Shown here: positions 20,977-33,541 of the stretch, in pieces
Position numbering within the stretch: the first letter of the stretch is position 1
Layout: every line of letters starts with the position of its first letter
Assembly: GCF_000315625.1 (NCBI RefSeq)
Contig: NW_005434644.1
Location: forward strand, 445,891-509,269
DNA: 63,379 nt
Direction: 5' to 3'
DNA from: Guillardia theta CCMP2712
Taxonomy: Eukaryota > Protista > Cryptophyta
Position numbers and translations under genes: made by a program
The notes under the pieces: model-generated
What the model saw: only the letters and a program-made list of their open reading frames with translations
Told to the model about the DNA's origin: nothing
Database searches by the model: none

Positions 20977-23900
20977 ATGGAAACCTCTTACTCTGCTGAT
21001 ATCTTCTCTCCGCAACGGATCACCAGATCGTTCGAATCCATCAACCTGGACCATCCCTCGGAGCAGTATGGTGGCTCTTCATCCAGCAGGCAGCATGTGA
21101 CCCCGCACCGATCGTCATTCCGTGGACCGACATGCTTCCAACAATCTTCCAACCATCACGCCAGCCCTCCTCAGAACTCTGATGCAGAGGGCCGTGGAGA
21201 GAACTACCAACGATTCTCCTACGTCGCCTTCGCATCCCCCTCACACCCCACTGCTCATTCCGAAGGGAGGAGCAGGAGGGACCAACCCGGTGACGCGGAC
21301 ATCACTTTGCGTACATCGTCCAGCGTCGCACGACCACAACACGAGAATGATCAGGTAGTTCTGGCGTTGTTATTCAGGGTGTTGCTGTTCAAAAGCTGAT
21401 GTCTGTCAAACAGCCAAGTCGACAGCACATAGCGAACCTGCACCAACCGATGCATCAGGTGGGACTCACGTGCTTGGCTCGGAGAAGTTGCTGACCGGAA
21501 GATAAAGCCTCCGAGAGTGCGAACTCGAGACGTGCTAATGCAAAACCTCGACGAGTCTTTCAAGGTGAGATCTCAGTTGGCGAGCGTTCGAATGTGTCAA
21601 GATGGCAGCCAGGGTGCATTGCTGTTAGTCTTGGTCCTTGTCCTTGTCCTTGTCCTTGTCCTTGTCCTTGTCCTTGTCCTTGTCCTTGTCCTTGTCCTTG
21701 TCCTTGTCCTTGTCCTCTCTGTCCATTTGCTGTCCTGCCGTGTCTTCTTTGTTTGTGACAATCAGCCTTCCAGAACGTTGGCAACATCGCACAAGGGCTG
21801 GTCGACTTCTTGTCGGTGGGGTTGCTCTCGCCTCCCGAGAAGATCGAGAGGTGCATTCTTGCCCTCGGCCTTGTGCTCTACGGGCAGGGTCACCCTGTGC
21901 TGCAGGAGACATGCACACGGATCTATCCGGCAGGAGGTCGTTGACTCTCCCTCCTCCCCCTGCGTCGTTCCGAACTTTGACGAACTGATACAAGAAGACG
22001 CCCCTCAAGGTCCTGTCATTCCCTCTCCTGCTGTGCAAGCTGCTCTTACCATGTCTCAGGGTACAACCCACAACGGAACTCAAATCCAGAGTGATACCCT
22101 GCCGTTGTACTTGTCTCTTGCCTAAGTTTCTTCTCTCCAGTCGATCTCCTCAATCTCCGCCCTTGTCCAACTCCCTATGGCTCACAGCCCCAATCTCGCG
22201 CGGAAGGTATCCATGGCGCTTCTTTCCCTCCGCCTGCTGCGCTTGTCCGACCTCTTCATCCTGCCTCTTCCTCCTCACCTCTCCCAGCCACTCGTGTACG
22301 GCTCCTCAAGCATTTTTCAGGATTTTGGAGCCCAAAGTCGATCTCGTGCTGCGAACGAGCCCGACGAATCAGCGCCTGCAGCATCAGCACAGCTTCAGGG
22401 AGAGGCTGCAAGTCACCTCCACCCTCAAGGACAAGGTCTACCACCTGAGGAAGGTAAGCCGGTTCTCTCCTTTCCTCCTGCATGCTCTTGACTGCCCCTC
22501 CCGCTCCTCCAGTCCCTTTCGAACAGCGCTCAGTACGCAGTGGATCAGTGCGAGACAGATTTCGAAGACATGGTCGTCAAGGTAGAGGTGCCGTCAAGCT
22601 TCCCTCCTGGGTTCACATCCGCCTTCGCCAGGTCCGGAGAGGAGCTCACATCGTCGACGACACGTTGGAGGCCATGGGCAACTGGAATGTTGCTCGCTGG
22701 AGACAGGCATGAAGCGTATGCTCGCTCGGCTCTCGTGATGCTTGTGATCAGGGAGTGATTGTTCACTTCGAGGGGGAGGTGGGGATAGACTGCGGCGCGC
22801 TTACAAGGTTTACTACGTGTTGTTCACCTCGTTCTTTGAGATGTGCAATCCCCTTGGAAACTTTTTTGTTGTCTCTCCTCCTTCCTCCTTTCTCCCGGCT
22901 CCTCGCTCCTATCATCTTGTATCTCTTCATTTCCCCATCTCTTTCTTTCCCAATCTGACTTTCCTCATCTCTCGTCCCTCAGGGAATGGGCGAAGCTTCT
23001 CTGCCAACAGCTGCTCCGTCCTGGTCGCGGTCTCTTCCGCAGGACCACCAAGGTCAGACGCGATGCTTCTCGGCCTGCCGCTCAACTTGCGCAGGGAAAC
23101 CGCGTGATGCTGCTGGCGGATGAAGAGTCTGAGTTGGCGCATGGAGAGAGGTGAAGGACAGGAAGATCAGGAGGGGGCTGACATAGAGGGCAGCATGGAG
23201 GGGATGTACGAGTTTGTCGGAAGGTTCATTGGTAAGCTCCAAGTGTCTCGCAGTGGGTCCAGGTTGACTCCAACTCAGGCTACTCGTTGTGGCGGGGCAT
23301 CCGTATCGACGCTGTCTTTATCCCCCTAATGTTCCGCATGATGAAGGACTCCGAATGTCAGTTGCGAACTGTTTCTTGTGCCCGCTCCTGCTCCCTCCTC
23401 CTCCTCCTCCTCCTCCTCCTCCTCCTCCTCCTCCTCCTCCTCCTCCGTTCTTTCTTGCCCTGGTTCCTCCTTGTTTGCCTTCATGCTGTAATGAAGACAT
23501 GGCAGCTCGAGCAACCTTTGAGGATCTGAAAGATGTCGACTTCAACTTGTATTCCAACCTGCAGGTAAGAGAGGATTTCGTGCTGTGAGAATGATGCTGA
23601 TGATGCTGATGCTGATGCTGCTGATGATGATGATGACTGTACTGCTGTGCATGTTATGATCTACGATGAGAGCCTGTGATCGAGAGGAAAGTGCTGGAAG
23701 TGAAAAAAAAATGACCAGACGATGCTGAATTGCGAGCCTTCACTGGTGGAAGAAACCTTCTGTCAGGTACCCCTCTCCTCCCCCTCTCGCTCTCCCCCAC
23801 AGTACTCTTGCCCTCCCCATCACCACGTCCCGCTAAGTTTCTACCTCTTCCCTCCCCCCGGTGATCTTGCCTCCCAGTCCTTCTGCATCGACACCGAGTT

Positions 23901-24887
23901 CTTAGGCATGAGGAAGACCTACGATCTCTGCCCAGGTCCTCTGCCACCTCTTGCGAGTCTCTTCTCCCTCACTTGTCCGCAGACGGTGCGAGCATCCCCG
24001 TGACGGGAGACAACGTCTTGTCCTTCCTCGACCTCTACGTGCAGCACGTGCGGACTGATTCACATTCCTCTTGCCCCTGCTCCTCCGCCGCGTCCTCTGC
24101 CTCCCCACTTTCCCTCTCCTCCTCCCCATCTAACACCCCAGCTGTACTGCAGGTTCTGTACATCTTCTCGCGAAGAGCGATAGACTCCTTCCTCGTCGGC
24201 TTTCACTCGCTCATACCCGAGAAGAAGCTCCAGGACTTCAGCCCGCAGGAGTTGGAGGCCGTCTTGTGCGGACAGCCGACGATCAGGTGGGAACGAGGGA
24301 GTAGAGGAGGGAGGAGGGAGGATGACGCTCTTGCAAAGCGACGAGGACGTGGAAGAGCTGAGGGTCGCAAGCCACTGCAGCCTCGACGAGAACGGGGCTC
24401 CTCACAAGCAGGTCCTCTGGTTCTGGAGTATCCTCGCTCGCTTCTCCCAGGTTCTTTCCCTCCCTGCTACCTGACCCCACCCTCTCACTCCCTGCCACCT
24501 TATCCCCTCCTCTCCCTCCCTGCTGTGCCCTCCTCGCCCTCATGCTGCTGCAGGAGGAGCGCAGCCTTGTCCTTCAGTTCGTCACAGGAAACGAGAGGCC
24601 TCCCCTCACGGGCTTCCAGGCCCTTGAGCATCCCTTCACCGTCCAGGTTCGCACGTCTCATCAGTCTCCTCCTCTTACCTTCTTCCCAGCTCGGCAGCCA
24701 CATGAAGCCAACGGACCTCCCGGAGGCTCATGTCTGCTTCAACCAGCTCGTGCTTCCTCCTGCTGGATCCGAAGAGGTGAGGATATCTGAGCGACGCTGC
24801 TCCTTCACTCACCTGGTTCTTCAGATTTTGCGAGAGAAGCTAAGAATCGCCGTACGCGAGGGGCGCGAGGGCTTTGAGTTGTACTAG
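20977..24887 (+). CDS. HECT-domain E3 ubiquitin ligase (multi-exon)
   Basis: Exon peptides: VHFEGEVGIDCGALTR/EWAKLL, YEFVGRFIG, FEDLKDVDFNLYSNL, FLVGFHSLIP, FSPQELEAVLCG, LVLQFVTG. Catalytic LPEAHVCFNQLVLP is present and the C-terminus is REGFELY*. The start codon is tentative. Confidence 0.9.
21633..21715. repeat. (GTCCTT)n intronic microsatellite
   Basis: Direct reading of the sequence. Confidence 0.95.
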
Positions 24888-25390
24888 TACTGAAAGGTTG
24901 AGAATGTTTACATGTCACAAGTCGAACAGTCGCTGCTTTCTATCTCAGTCGTACGCCGCGAACCCGTCTATCAAGCCTCAGGCTGGCACCCCGGTGACCA
25001 GGGGGGCTGCCGCCGTGCTGCAAGTTGGAACTCCCAGTGGGGCACTCGGGGCGGCAGCGACCCGTGACCGTTGTATACTTTTCTGGAGCATATTAGTACT
25101 CTGGCATCATGACTCAGCGGCGTAGCGGCATCATCAAGAACGGGAATTTCAACTTTTAGCCTTCAAGAGGGCCGTTTCACGCGGAGGCTCTAAAGGGCTC
25201 AGTTGGTAGACCATTAAGTCCCGGCCACCGTCCTTTCAGCAACTTGCGGCCCCGGCGCCCCCCGGTCGGCGTGGGCCGCGCACTGGCCGGCCGCGCGGGG
25301 CGGCCTTATTGCCCGGGCCTTAGTGGAGATGAGGGTATCAGGCGCAAACCAAATATAACCGACATGTAACGGAAGACTTATAAGCAAGGA

Positions 25391-26200
25391 ATGGCGAGAA
25401 AGATGCTGGTGGCGACGAGCGCCATGGCGATGGTGACGGGCGTTACCTGCTGGACTCTTCCTCCAGCTGCAACGGGGATGAGACTTGCAACTGCCTCTTC
25501 TTCTGCTTCTAGATCGTACGCTGCTGCGTCACCCGAGCTGAGGACAGGAGGATTAACGTCGCTCCCTCTCCAGACGAGGAAGGGAGTCGCTTTGCGGCTG
25601 TCCGTTGGTGGGCCGCCCATGGACAAGGAGCCTCTCGACCTGACGGAAGACAACGTGCAGCAGGCGCTGGAAGAATCGAAGGAGGTGCGTCCTGCCATTC
25701 TTAGGGGCGAGGTGGTGGAGAGGGTGTGTGGTTTGTAGTGAAATGACCCTCCCCTCCTGCACGAGGCTCTTGAGGTTGCGGGGAGGCGGGAGAGAGGAGA
25801 GAGGAGAGAGGACGGCGATCCTTTTTGCCTTGTTCTCCTTGACTCGTTCCCGCAGATCCTGGGAACCATGTTTGGCAACTCGCAGGAGAACAGGGAGATC
25901 GGGATCACCGGGGACGTACAGCTAGTCAACCTAGACGGCCCCTTTGCAAGCGTGAGGCTTGTCGGAAGATTCTGGCACAAACGATCAGGCAAGCAGGAGA
26001 CATCAAACGAGGGGGGGGGAGGCAGCTGGGAGGGGAGGACGGGAGAAGGGAGGGAGGTGAGGGAGGGACTTTGCTGAGTAATTTGATCTTTGTAGACGTT
26101 CTTGCCCGGGTGGAGAACTACGTCAAGACGAGAGTCCCTGAGATCGTTGAGGTCAGCATTGAGGATCCTATGCAACTCGACGGTAATATCTAGTCCCTCT

Positions 26201-26231
<31 letters not shown>

Positions 26232-26355
26232 CTCCTGCCGCTCCCTCCTGCCGCTCCCTCCTGCTGCTCCTTCTCTCGTCGCCTCCAAACCTTCTTCGGC
26301 TCACCTTGGACTGACTCTCGTGCTAGACAATCTTCCCGAGAACCAGAAGATGTGA
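25391..26355 (+). CDS. NifU/NfU C-terminal-like domain protein lacking CxxC, with bipartite plastid-targeting leader
   Basis: Hydrophobic signal (…VTGVTC-W) followed by a Ser/Ala/Arg-rich transit peptide. Domain peptides: LDLTEDNVQQAL, GITGDVQLVNLDGPFASVRLVGRFWHKRS, VENYVKTRVPEI. Confidence 0.75.
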
Positions 26356-26911
26356 AGCAGCGAGCAGTAGACAGAGATGTTCAGAGACAAGAAGAGTCAT
26401 CGGGAGTTGGAAGAGAGTTTGAGAGATCAGTGAGTTTGAAAATAATGAAGTTGAGCAACAACCTGTTCCTCGTCCTCGTCCTCGTTCTCGTCCTCGTTCT
26501 CGTCCTCCTCGTCCTCGTCCTCGTCCTCCTCGTCTTCCTCGTCCTCGTCCTCCTGCCCCTTACATGAAACGAGAGGAGAAAGTTTGTCTACTATCCCCGT
26601 GCTCCTCAAATGCCCTATCGCGAATCATAAATCCGTCCTAATCCGTCCTAATCCGTCCCCTCATCACTCTCCCCCTCCCTCCGTTACCTTCCACCCCCCC
26701 CCCCCTTCCCTCCTCCCGCGCTCCTCCCCCTGCGCTCCTCGCCCCTTTAGCTGCCCTACTGGCTGCCTCCTTTCCCTCCCCAGCCTCTGCACTCTTGCTC
26801 GCTCTCCCTTACCTCACCTTCTTCCTGCCCTGCTCTAAGACTTTTTGCTTCCTCCCATGCCCCTGCCCCTGCCACGATCCTCTCCGCATCGCGGCATGTT
26901 GCGGCGATGAG

Positions 26912-29591
26912 ATGCTGCAGGGAAGGTGGAAGTTTCATGCTCCTCTGCTGTCCTCTTCCTCCTCTCTCCTCCTCTCCCTCCTCTCCCTCCTCCTCCTCCC
27001 CATCGCTCTCCTCTCCGACCCACCTGACCTCGATGCGCTCTCCTTCGACCCTCCAGTGGGGTCCATCATCCGGAGCGAGTCAGTCGAGGTGCTAGTGAAG
27101 GCACAAGAGGTTTACAAGGGGCGCGAGGACGGGCAGGGATGGCGCTGGACGCTGACGATCAACGACATGCACTCCCGCGGGCTGGGCATGAGCGCGGAGC
27201 AGGCGAGCATGTCCCTCAGCCTGCGTCATGTGGGGGAGGGAGAGCTGAAACTCACCTTCACGCTCACAGTGGAGGAGGATGTTCACGTCTCGAGGTCCGC
27301 TTTCTACATCATCAAGAAGAGATCCCAGGAGGAGGAGGAGGAGGGGGAGGGGGAGGCAGAAGGGGAGGAGGGAAGGGACGCGGACAGCACGTGTGGTCCC
27401 AGTAGCGAGCAGGAGAGGCGCGAGAAGCTGCTAGAGTGGGCGCGGGAGCACGGGATCGGGTTCGAGAAGATCTCTCTGCAGGAGGATGAGTTCGGGGGCA
27501 CCGCCATGTTCGCGTCGGAGGACCTGGAGGAGGACGAGGTCATTGGTGTCGTGCCCTTCAGCATCAGCATCGGGCGCGAGTCGCTGTGGAGGAGCCGCCA
27601 TGGCGAGCTGCTGGGGCAGCTCTACGAGGACGAGCGGACGCCCCCGGATCTCATCAGCTGCATCTTCCTCCTGCTGGAGAGGAGATCCTCCTCCTCCTTC
27701 TTCCGCCCCTACCTCGATATGCTTCCTACCCCCTCCGGCGTCAGCAACGTCTTTCACTGGGATGCGCATGCCCTGTCTGCCTTCTCCCCCCATGAAGAAG
27801 CGAGATCGCTCGCCGCTGCCCACCTCAGCTTGTTCGAGCGGTTGTTCTCAGTTCTCCTCCTCCTCCTCCTCCTCCTCCCAATCTTCCTTCCCTCTCCTCC
27901 TCCTCCTCCTCCTTCTCACCGTCTTCCTCCTCCCCAACTTCTTTCTCCTCCTTCCTCTCCTCTGACACCTTCTACTGTCAGCACGTACCAGCGCTACTTC
28001 ACTGTAGTGAACAAGAACGAGGAGTTTCAACGTCAGTTCGGCAAGCACCAAGAAATTTTCAGTAGAGATCAGGTAAGCGCATTCTCGTCCCCTGCCCTCC
28101 CATCCTCGTGGTAGTCTTACTCCTGCTCCATGCTGGTGCTGCTGGTGCTGCTGGTGCTGCTGGTGCTGCTGGTGCTGCTGGTGCTGCTGGTGCTGCTGGT
28201 GCTGCTGGTGCTGCTGGTGCTTCTATCTCCTTCTCAATTCTGAGTGCAGGTTCTCTGGGCTTACAGTCTGCTCATCTCAAGGGCATGGGAACATCCGGAC
28301 TACAACTACCGGACCAGCTTCCATCGCATGCTCCCGATCGCAGACATCGCCAACCACAAGTCTCGTTCACCCCTCTGCTCCCGAGCTCCTCCTCCTCCCT
28401 CCTCTCCTCTCCTACATTCCCCCTCCCTCTTCTTCTCTGCCCTCCTCCTCCTCCCTCTTTTGTACCCTACATTCTCCCTCCCTCCCTCCCTTTCTCCTCC
28501 TCTTGCTTCAACCTCCGGTTGATCGCATCTTGCTCGTCCTCACCATCCACACAGAATGTCACCCACGGGGTCGGGCTGGATGTCTGTTGAGTTCAGGAAC
28601 CAGCAGGGTGCTGTCTTCCTCGTCACCAGGGGAGGAGCGATCCGCAGAGGGCAGGAGATCGTGACCAGGTCACCGCTGGCTTCTTCCTCCTGTGTGCTGA
28701 CATCTTCCAGCTACTCCAACGCAGGCAACGCGCTGCTCCTCGTGCAGTACGGCTTCAGCTTGTGGCCCAACAAGTACCACTGCCTGCGGCTGCAGGAGGA
28801 AGGAGGAGAAGCTGGAGGAGCAGGAGCAGGAGCAGGAGCAGGAGGAGCAGGAGCAGGAGCAGGAGCAGGAAATTTCATAGCCCTTATGGCTGCAAGCCCA
28901 CTGGGCCTCTGCTTCGACCCAGAGTAATCGATCTCTTGCTGGAGGAGGGCGAGGGCAAGTCTGTGACGCAGCAGCAGGCAAGAGCGCATCGTCTTCAGGC
29001 GCCTCAACAACAAGGGGCAGCCGCAGGAGGAGGCAGAGCTTGACCTGACTGCCTTCGACTTCGACAGGATGAGCACTATCAAAACGCTGTATCATCATCT
29101 CCGACGGTGACCTGCTGCTACTGATCCTTCTCCCTCTCCCCTGCCTCCTCTTCTTCCCCCTCTTCTCTGCTCTGGCTCCCTGCTCCCTTCCTGTCCCCTC
29201 CCTCCTTCTTACCCTCTTTCTCCTTCTCCAGAGTCTTGGAAAAGCGCTCGAGCGATTTGGAAGCATATGACTGGCAGCCGCAAGGAGGGGAAAAGGCTGC
29301 GAGGTCGGAGAGGTTGGAGGGGAGGTGAGGAGGTGTAGAAAACGGGGGGAGGAGGAAGCAGTAGGATTCAGCAAGGTGGAACGAAAGGAGCGAGAGGAAA
29401 GGGGGGGGAGTAGGAGGAGGAGCAGGAGGAGGAGGAGGAGCAGGTGGTGGTGGTGGTGAAGATGATGGTTTATAATGACATGAAGCAGGTTGATAGACGA
29501 AGCTCGAGAGCTGATGAGCCAGGAGATTTCAATCCTGGAGGTCGCACTCACTCAGCTGGAGGGCAGCTGGAGGAAGCTTCTCGTCCACTGA
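26912..29591 (+). CDS. SET-domain protein lysine methyltransferase (Rubisco LSMT/SETD3-like) with N-terminal hydrophobic signal
   Basis: Peptides LLEWAREHGI, FRPYLDMLP, WAYSLLISRAW, MLPIADIANH, GQEIVT/SY, NALLLVQYGF. Final exon is ...EISILEVALTQLEGSWRKLLVH*. Confidence 0.85.
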
Positions 29592-29622
29592 CGCCCGCGG
29601 GCCGGCCAGCTGGCGATGGTTC

Positions 29623-30556
29623 TCAGTAAAGCACTTGACAATCCGGGAAGATCTGCTTGAAGCTGCTCGCCTGAGCCCTCGGGTCCTGCGGCAGCGTCAG
29701 GGAGGGGAGAGGCAAGAGGGCGGAGAGGAGGCGCCTGGAGCTCATTGCCGCGGATGTCCAGGACGGCGAGGTCGAGGAAAGAGCAGAGGCAGGCAGGCAG
29801 CCTCTTGAAGCGGTTGAAACTCAGGTCCAGGATACGCAGCCTGTAGAGGTCGAAGAACTCCTGCGCTGCTCCGTCACCCTCCCCGTCCCTCGCACGTCAC
29901 CTCCAGCTCCAGCTGGATCTACCTCAGGCAGCCCGTCATGGTCAAGATCGTTCTGGCTGAGGTCGCAGACTTCAACCTGAGGGAGAGGTTACGAGGGGCA
30001 GGGGCAGGGGCAGGGAGAGGGGCAGGGGCAAGATCAGGGGCAGGAGCAGGTTGAAGCCACGCACCTTATTCAGCCTCCCAATCTCCGCCGGGAGCTTCTT
30101 CAGCCCCTGTCTACTCAGGTCCAGCTGGTACACGTGGCTCCTTCGACCTGTCACGCCACAGCTTCAGTACTCCTCCTCCTCCTCCTCCTCCTCCTCCTCC
30201 TCCTCCTCCTCCTCCTCCTCCTCCTCCTCCTCCTCCTCCTCCTCCTCCTCCTCCTAGCAGCAGCATGCATCACCTAGTGCCTCCTTGAGGTCCTTCCACA
30301 CCACCTCCCTTCGCTCCTTCTCGTCCAACCCCCCGACCCCACACAGCAGGTCTCCTGCTGCTCCTGCCTCCTCCTCGCTCGGCGCCTCGTGGCAGTGGAG
30401 GATTCTTCTCATCTCCTGGATCAACAGACCCTCCCCTGCTGGGTCTGAGCGCTCTCGATCCGAGACATTCGCTGTCGACAAGACGCGTTCCTCCTCGTCC
30501 TCCTCCCGCTCCTCCTCTCCCGCTGTTTGTATTGCTGACTGCTTCACTTGCACCAT
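29623..30556 (-). CDS. Leucine-rich repeat protein (multi-exon; start uncertain)
   Basis: LRR peptides LDLSRQGLKKLPAEIGRL, CDLSQNDL, LRILDLSFNRFKRLP, LAVLDIRGNEL. The last exon DPRAQASSFKQIFPDCQVLY* is reached through a probable GC-AG intron. Confidence 0.8.
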
Positions 30557-31459
30557 TTCCAACCCCCCCTGCTCCCTGCTCCCTGCTCCCTGCTCCCTGC
30601 TCCCTGCTCCCTGCTCCCTGCTCCCTGCTCCCTGCTCCCTGCTCCCTGCCCTTGCCCCTCCTTGCCCCTCCCGCCTTCAAGGTCGGGTTGAGATGAAAAA
30701 GGACGGGGACAACATGGGAATGGGGAGGGGGGAGGAGTGAGGGATGGAGTGCGGGGGGGGCGGGGGGGGCGGGGGAAGGGGAGCGAGGAGATAGGCGTTT
30801 ACAATGGTGGAAGGGAAGGAGAGGAGGAGCGGATGAGGAGGATGCGGAGGTTGTGAACACTATGATCGGGGTATTCGAGACGATGATATGTATGAGGAGC
30901 AGGGAGGAGCAGGGAGGAGCAGGGAGGAGCAGGGAGGAGCAGGCAGGAGCAGGGAGGAGCAGGCAGGAGCAGGCAGGAGCAGGCAGGAGCAGGGAGGAGC
31001 AGGGAGGGGCAGGCAGGAGCAGGGAGGAGCAGGGAGGAGGAAGACTGCAGAGGATTTCTCTATGTCTGTGGTGATGCTGCGGATGACATGTTGTCTTCAA
31101 CATGAGGATGGGGAGGAATTTGCGGGAATATGGGTAGAAGATGCATAGTGAGAATGAATGGCAGTGACGATGCTAGTGCTGAAAGTTCAGAAGATAGTGA
31201 AGAAAAAGCTGCTGCTGATCTGATGATAAAGACGATGGTGACATCACGATGAGGAGGAGGGAGAGGAGAGGAGGAGTATGAGAGGATTAAGCTTGGAGTT
31301 GCTTCAATCAAGGTGCTTCAAGGAGAGGTGATGGAGTTATACACGTACGATCTAGATGTATTTCAGGTTACTTCCCTCACATTACCTTCCACAAACCAAC
31401 AACTACAAATACAAGTACACCCCTCATCCTCCTCCTCCTCCTCTTCCTCCAGCACTTCC

Positions 31460-33541
31460 TCACTCCCCCATGATGTTCCTGAACGAGATATACCGCGCGT
31501 GCCCTCTCTCGCTCCTCAACAGGTAGAAGCTTCTCAGCACCATCTGCAGCTCGCAGATGTGCCAGTCCGTGTCCTCTCTCCTGGTCTCCTCCGAGGCTAT
31601 CCTCAGATTCAGGGCGACATGCCTGTATCCTCCGCTCCTCACCGAGTCTGCCGTGGGGTCCAGGTTGTTCTTGATCCTCTCCACCACCACGTCCGGGTCC
31701 TGCAGGATCGCCCGCAAACACTTCGTGAGGTCGGAGACCGAGTCGAAGATGATGCACTGCCTGCAGACGTCCAGCAGGCAGGAAACGTCTCCCCCGTAGC
31801 ACCTCATCACCTTCTCCACACATCGCTGGATCGACTTCACGTGCGCCCACACGTAGTCGTTCACACCACTCCCTTCCACGTACGGGCCGATGTCGTCGTC
31901 ATCCTCGGGAAACCACGAGCTGGCCGCGGCCTTGTGCCGTAGCAGCCCCTTGCTCGACGACACCCAGCCCAGCGTCTTTCTCCTCAGATGGGTGTCGAGC
32001 TTCATCGCCTGCTCATACAGGTATGTGAGGCTTGTGACAGGCCGTCCTCGCTTGTCCAGTTGCCTCCACTCCGGGCTTCGCGATCTCTTCATCAAGAGAT
32101 TCCCCAGTTGCCAGAACATGGGCAGCTCAGCATCTGCTTCTACCGCCGGAACATGCTTGCTTGCGAAAGGAGCCGCTATTTGCTTCAGCTCAATGAAGGA
32201 GTCCTTCCCTGACTCCTTGATAGTTTTGGACCAGATCAGATCGTACTTGTTCTTGTCGAGCTCGATGACACGGTGAGCCGACCTGGTTGTCAGCAGCCGG
32301 AACGTTTTCACCACGATAGCGAAGAAGAGCATCGGCAACCCAAGGTAGAAGCAGACGGAGGAGAAGCTATACGGCCCGAAGGTGACGAACGGGTACATGG
32401 CAAGGCCTGTCAGCAGCACATGGATGCCTCCCCATGCAATGCTGTTGCTCAGCTCGTCCGTCCAGATGAAGTAGAAGTGCACGACGTCGATGAAGGCCAG
32501 CGCAAGAGCCCGGGCACGCGAATAGCTGCCTTCGTGTGAGACGGCCAAGGTTGCCTCCAAGATGTGGATGAGGAAAGAGACCGGGTGCATGATCCGAATA
32601 AGCTTCTGGCCGACAAACTTCTTGTCGATGACACCGCAGAGCCCGGCCCCAAAGAGGATGAACCCGCAGAAGACCTTGGCGAACTGGTCGAAGTAGTAGC
32701 CGGCGTCCGGCTGGAAGACTTGGAAGACCTCGACCTCCCCTCGTCCTGTTGTGGTCTTGTAGATTCCGTCCAAAAAGATGACAAATCCTGCAAGGATGGG
32801 TGAGATGACCGACTACAGCGCTCTACAGCGCTCCAGGCTCGTGCTTCACCTGAGCAGCTCAGATAGGAGGACGACCCTGCCTGGTGCCATTGGCCGTCAT
32901 GCCAGAACCAGAACTGCCAGCAGAGTCAGTCAGAAGAGACGCAGAAAAGAGTGAAGAAGGGAGGGGGGGACCTGGAATCGGACTGGATCGTGATCTGCAC
33001 TTTCGTTCCATGCAGTGCGGAAAAACCACGCATCCCATCTAACTTCGTGGCTGAGAGAGATTGTGTACTCGCTCCTTTCAATCGTTTGGCTCTTCACATC
33101 AGCTCCCTGCTGCTCGATGCCTGCCAGACCATGCAAGACGCCCAGTTGCGATATACTGACCGCAGCGGGTCTTGCCAAGGGGTTGCGCTTGCTGAGTTCG
33201 ACTAGTTTAAACCTCGCAGACATGGGAGGTTGCCGAGTGGACCAGCAGACGATGAAGTCCTCGAATATGGCATAGAAGCCGATCAGCATGAGGAATAGCT
33301 GCATGCTCCTCAGCGTAAGGGCAGAGGCGATTGGGTTGGAGCAGCAGAAGACACTCCCGAAGGGGACGTGCCGCATCGCCGTCTTGAGGTACTCATCTGG
33401 CGTGATTGTGTTCCTGCGCCTGCCACGGTCCTTCTCAACGCAATTGTGCATGAATTTGCGCGTGAACGTCAAGTCAGTGATGAACCTCAAGATACCGACG
33501 CAAGAAGTGACAGACTGGATCTGTGCCATTTTCCTGTTCAT
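31460..33541 (-). CDS. Multi-pass membrane protein with extracellular domain and C-terminal RelA/SpoT-like nucleotidyltransferase domain (single-domain paralog)
   Basis: Three exons joined by GT-AG introns near 32770-32970. Motifs VKSIQRCVEKVMR, LLDVCRQCIIF, RIKN, GGYRH, CELQ, GHARY. Several hydrophobic helices lie upstream of the domain. Confidence 0.8.
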
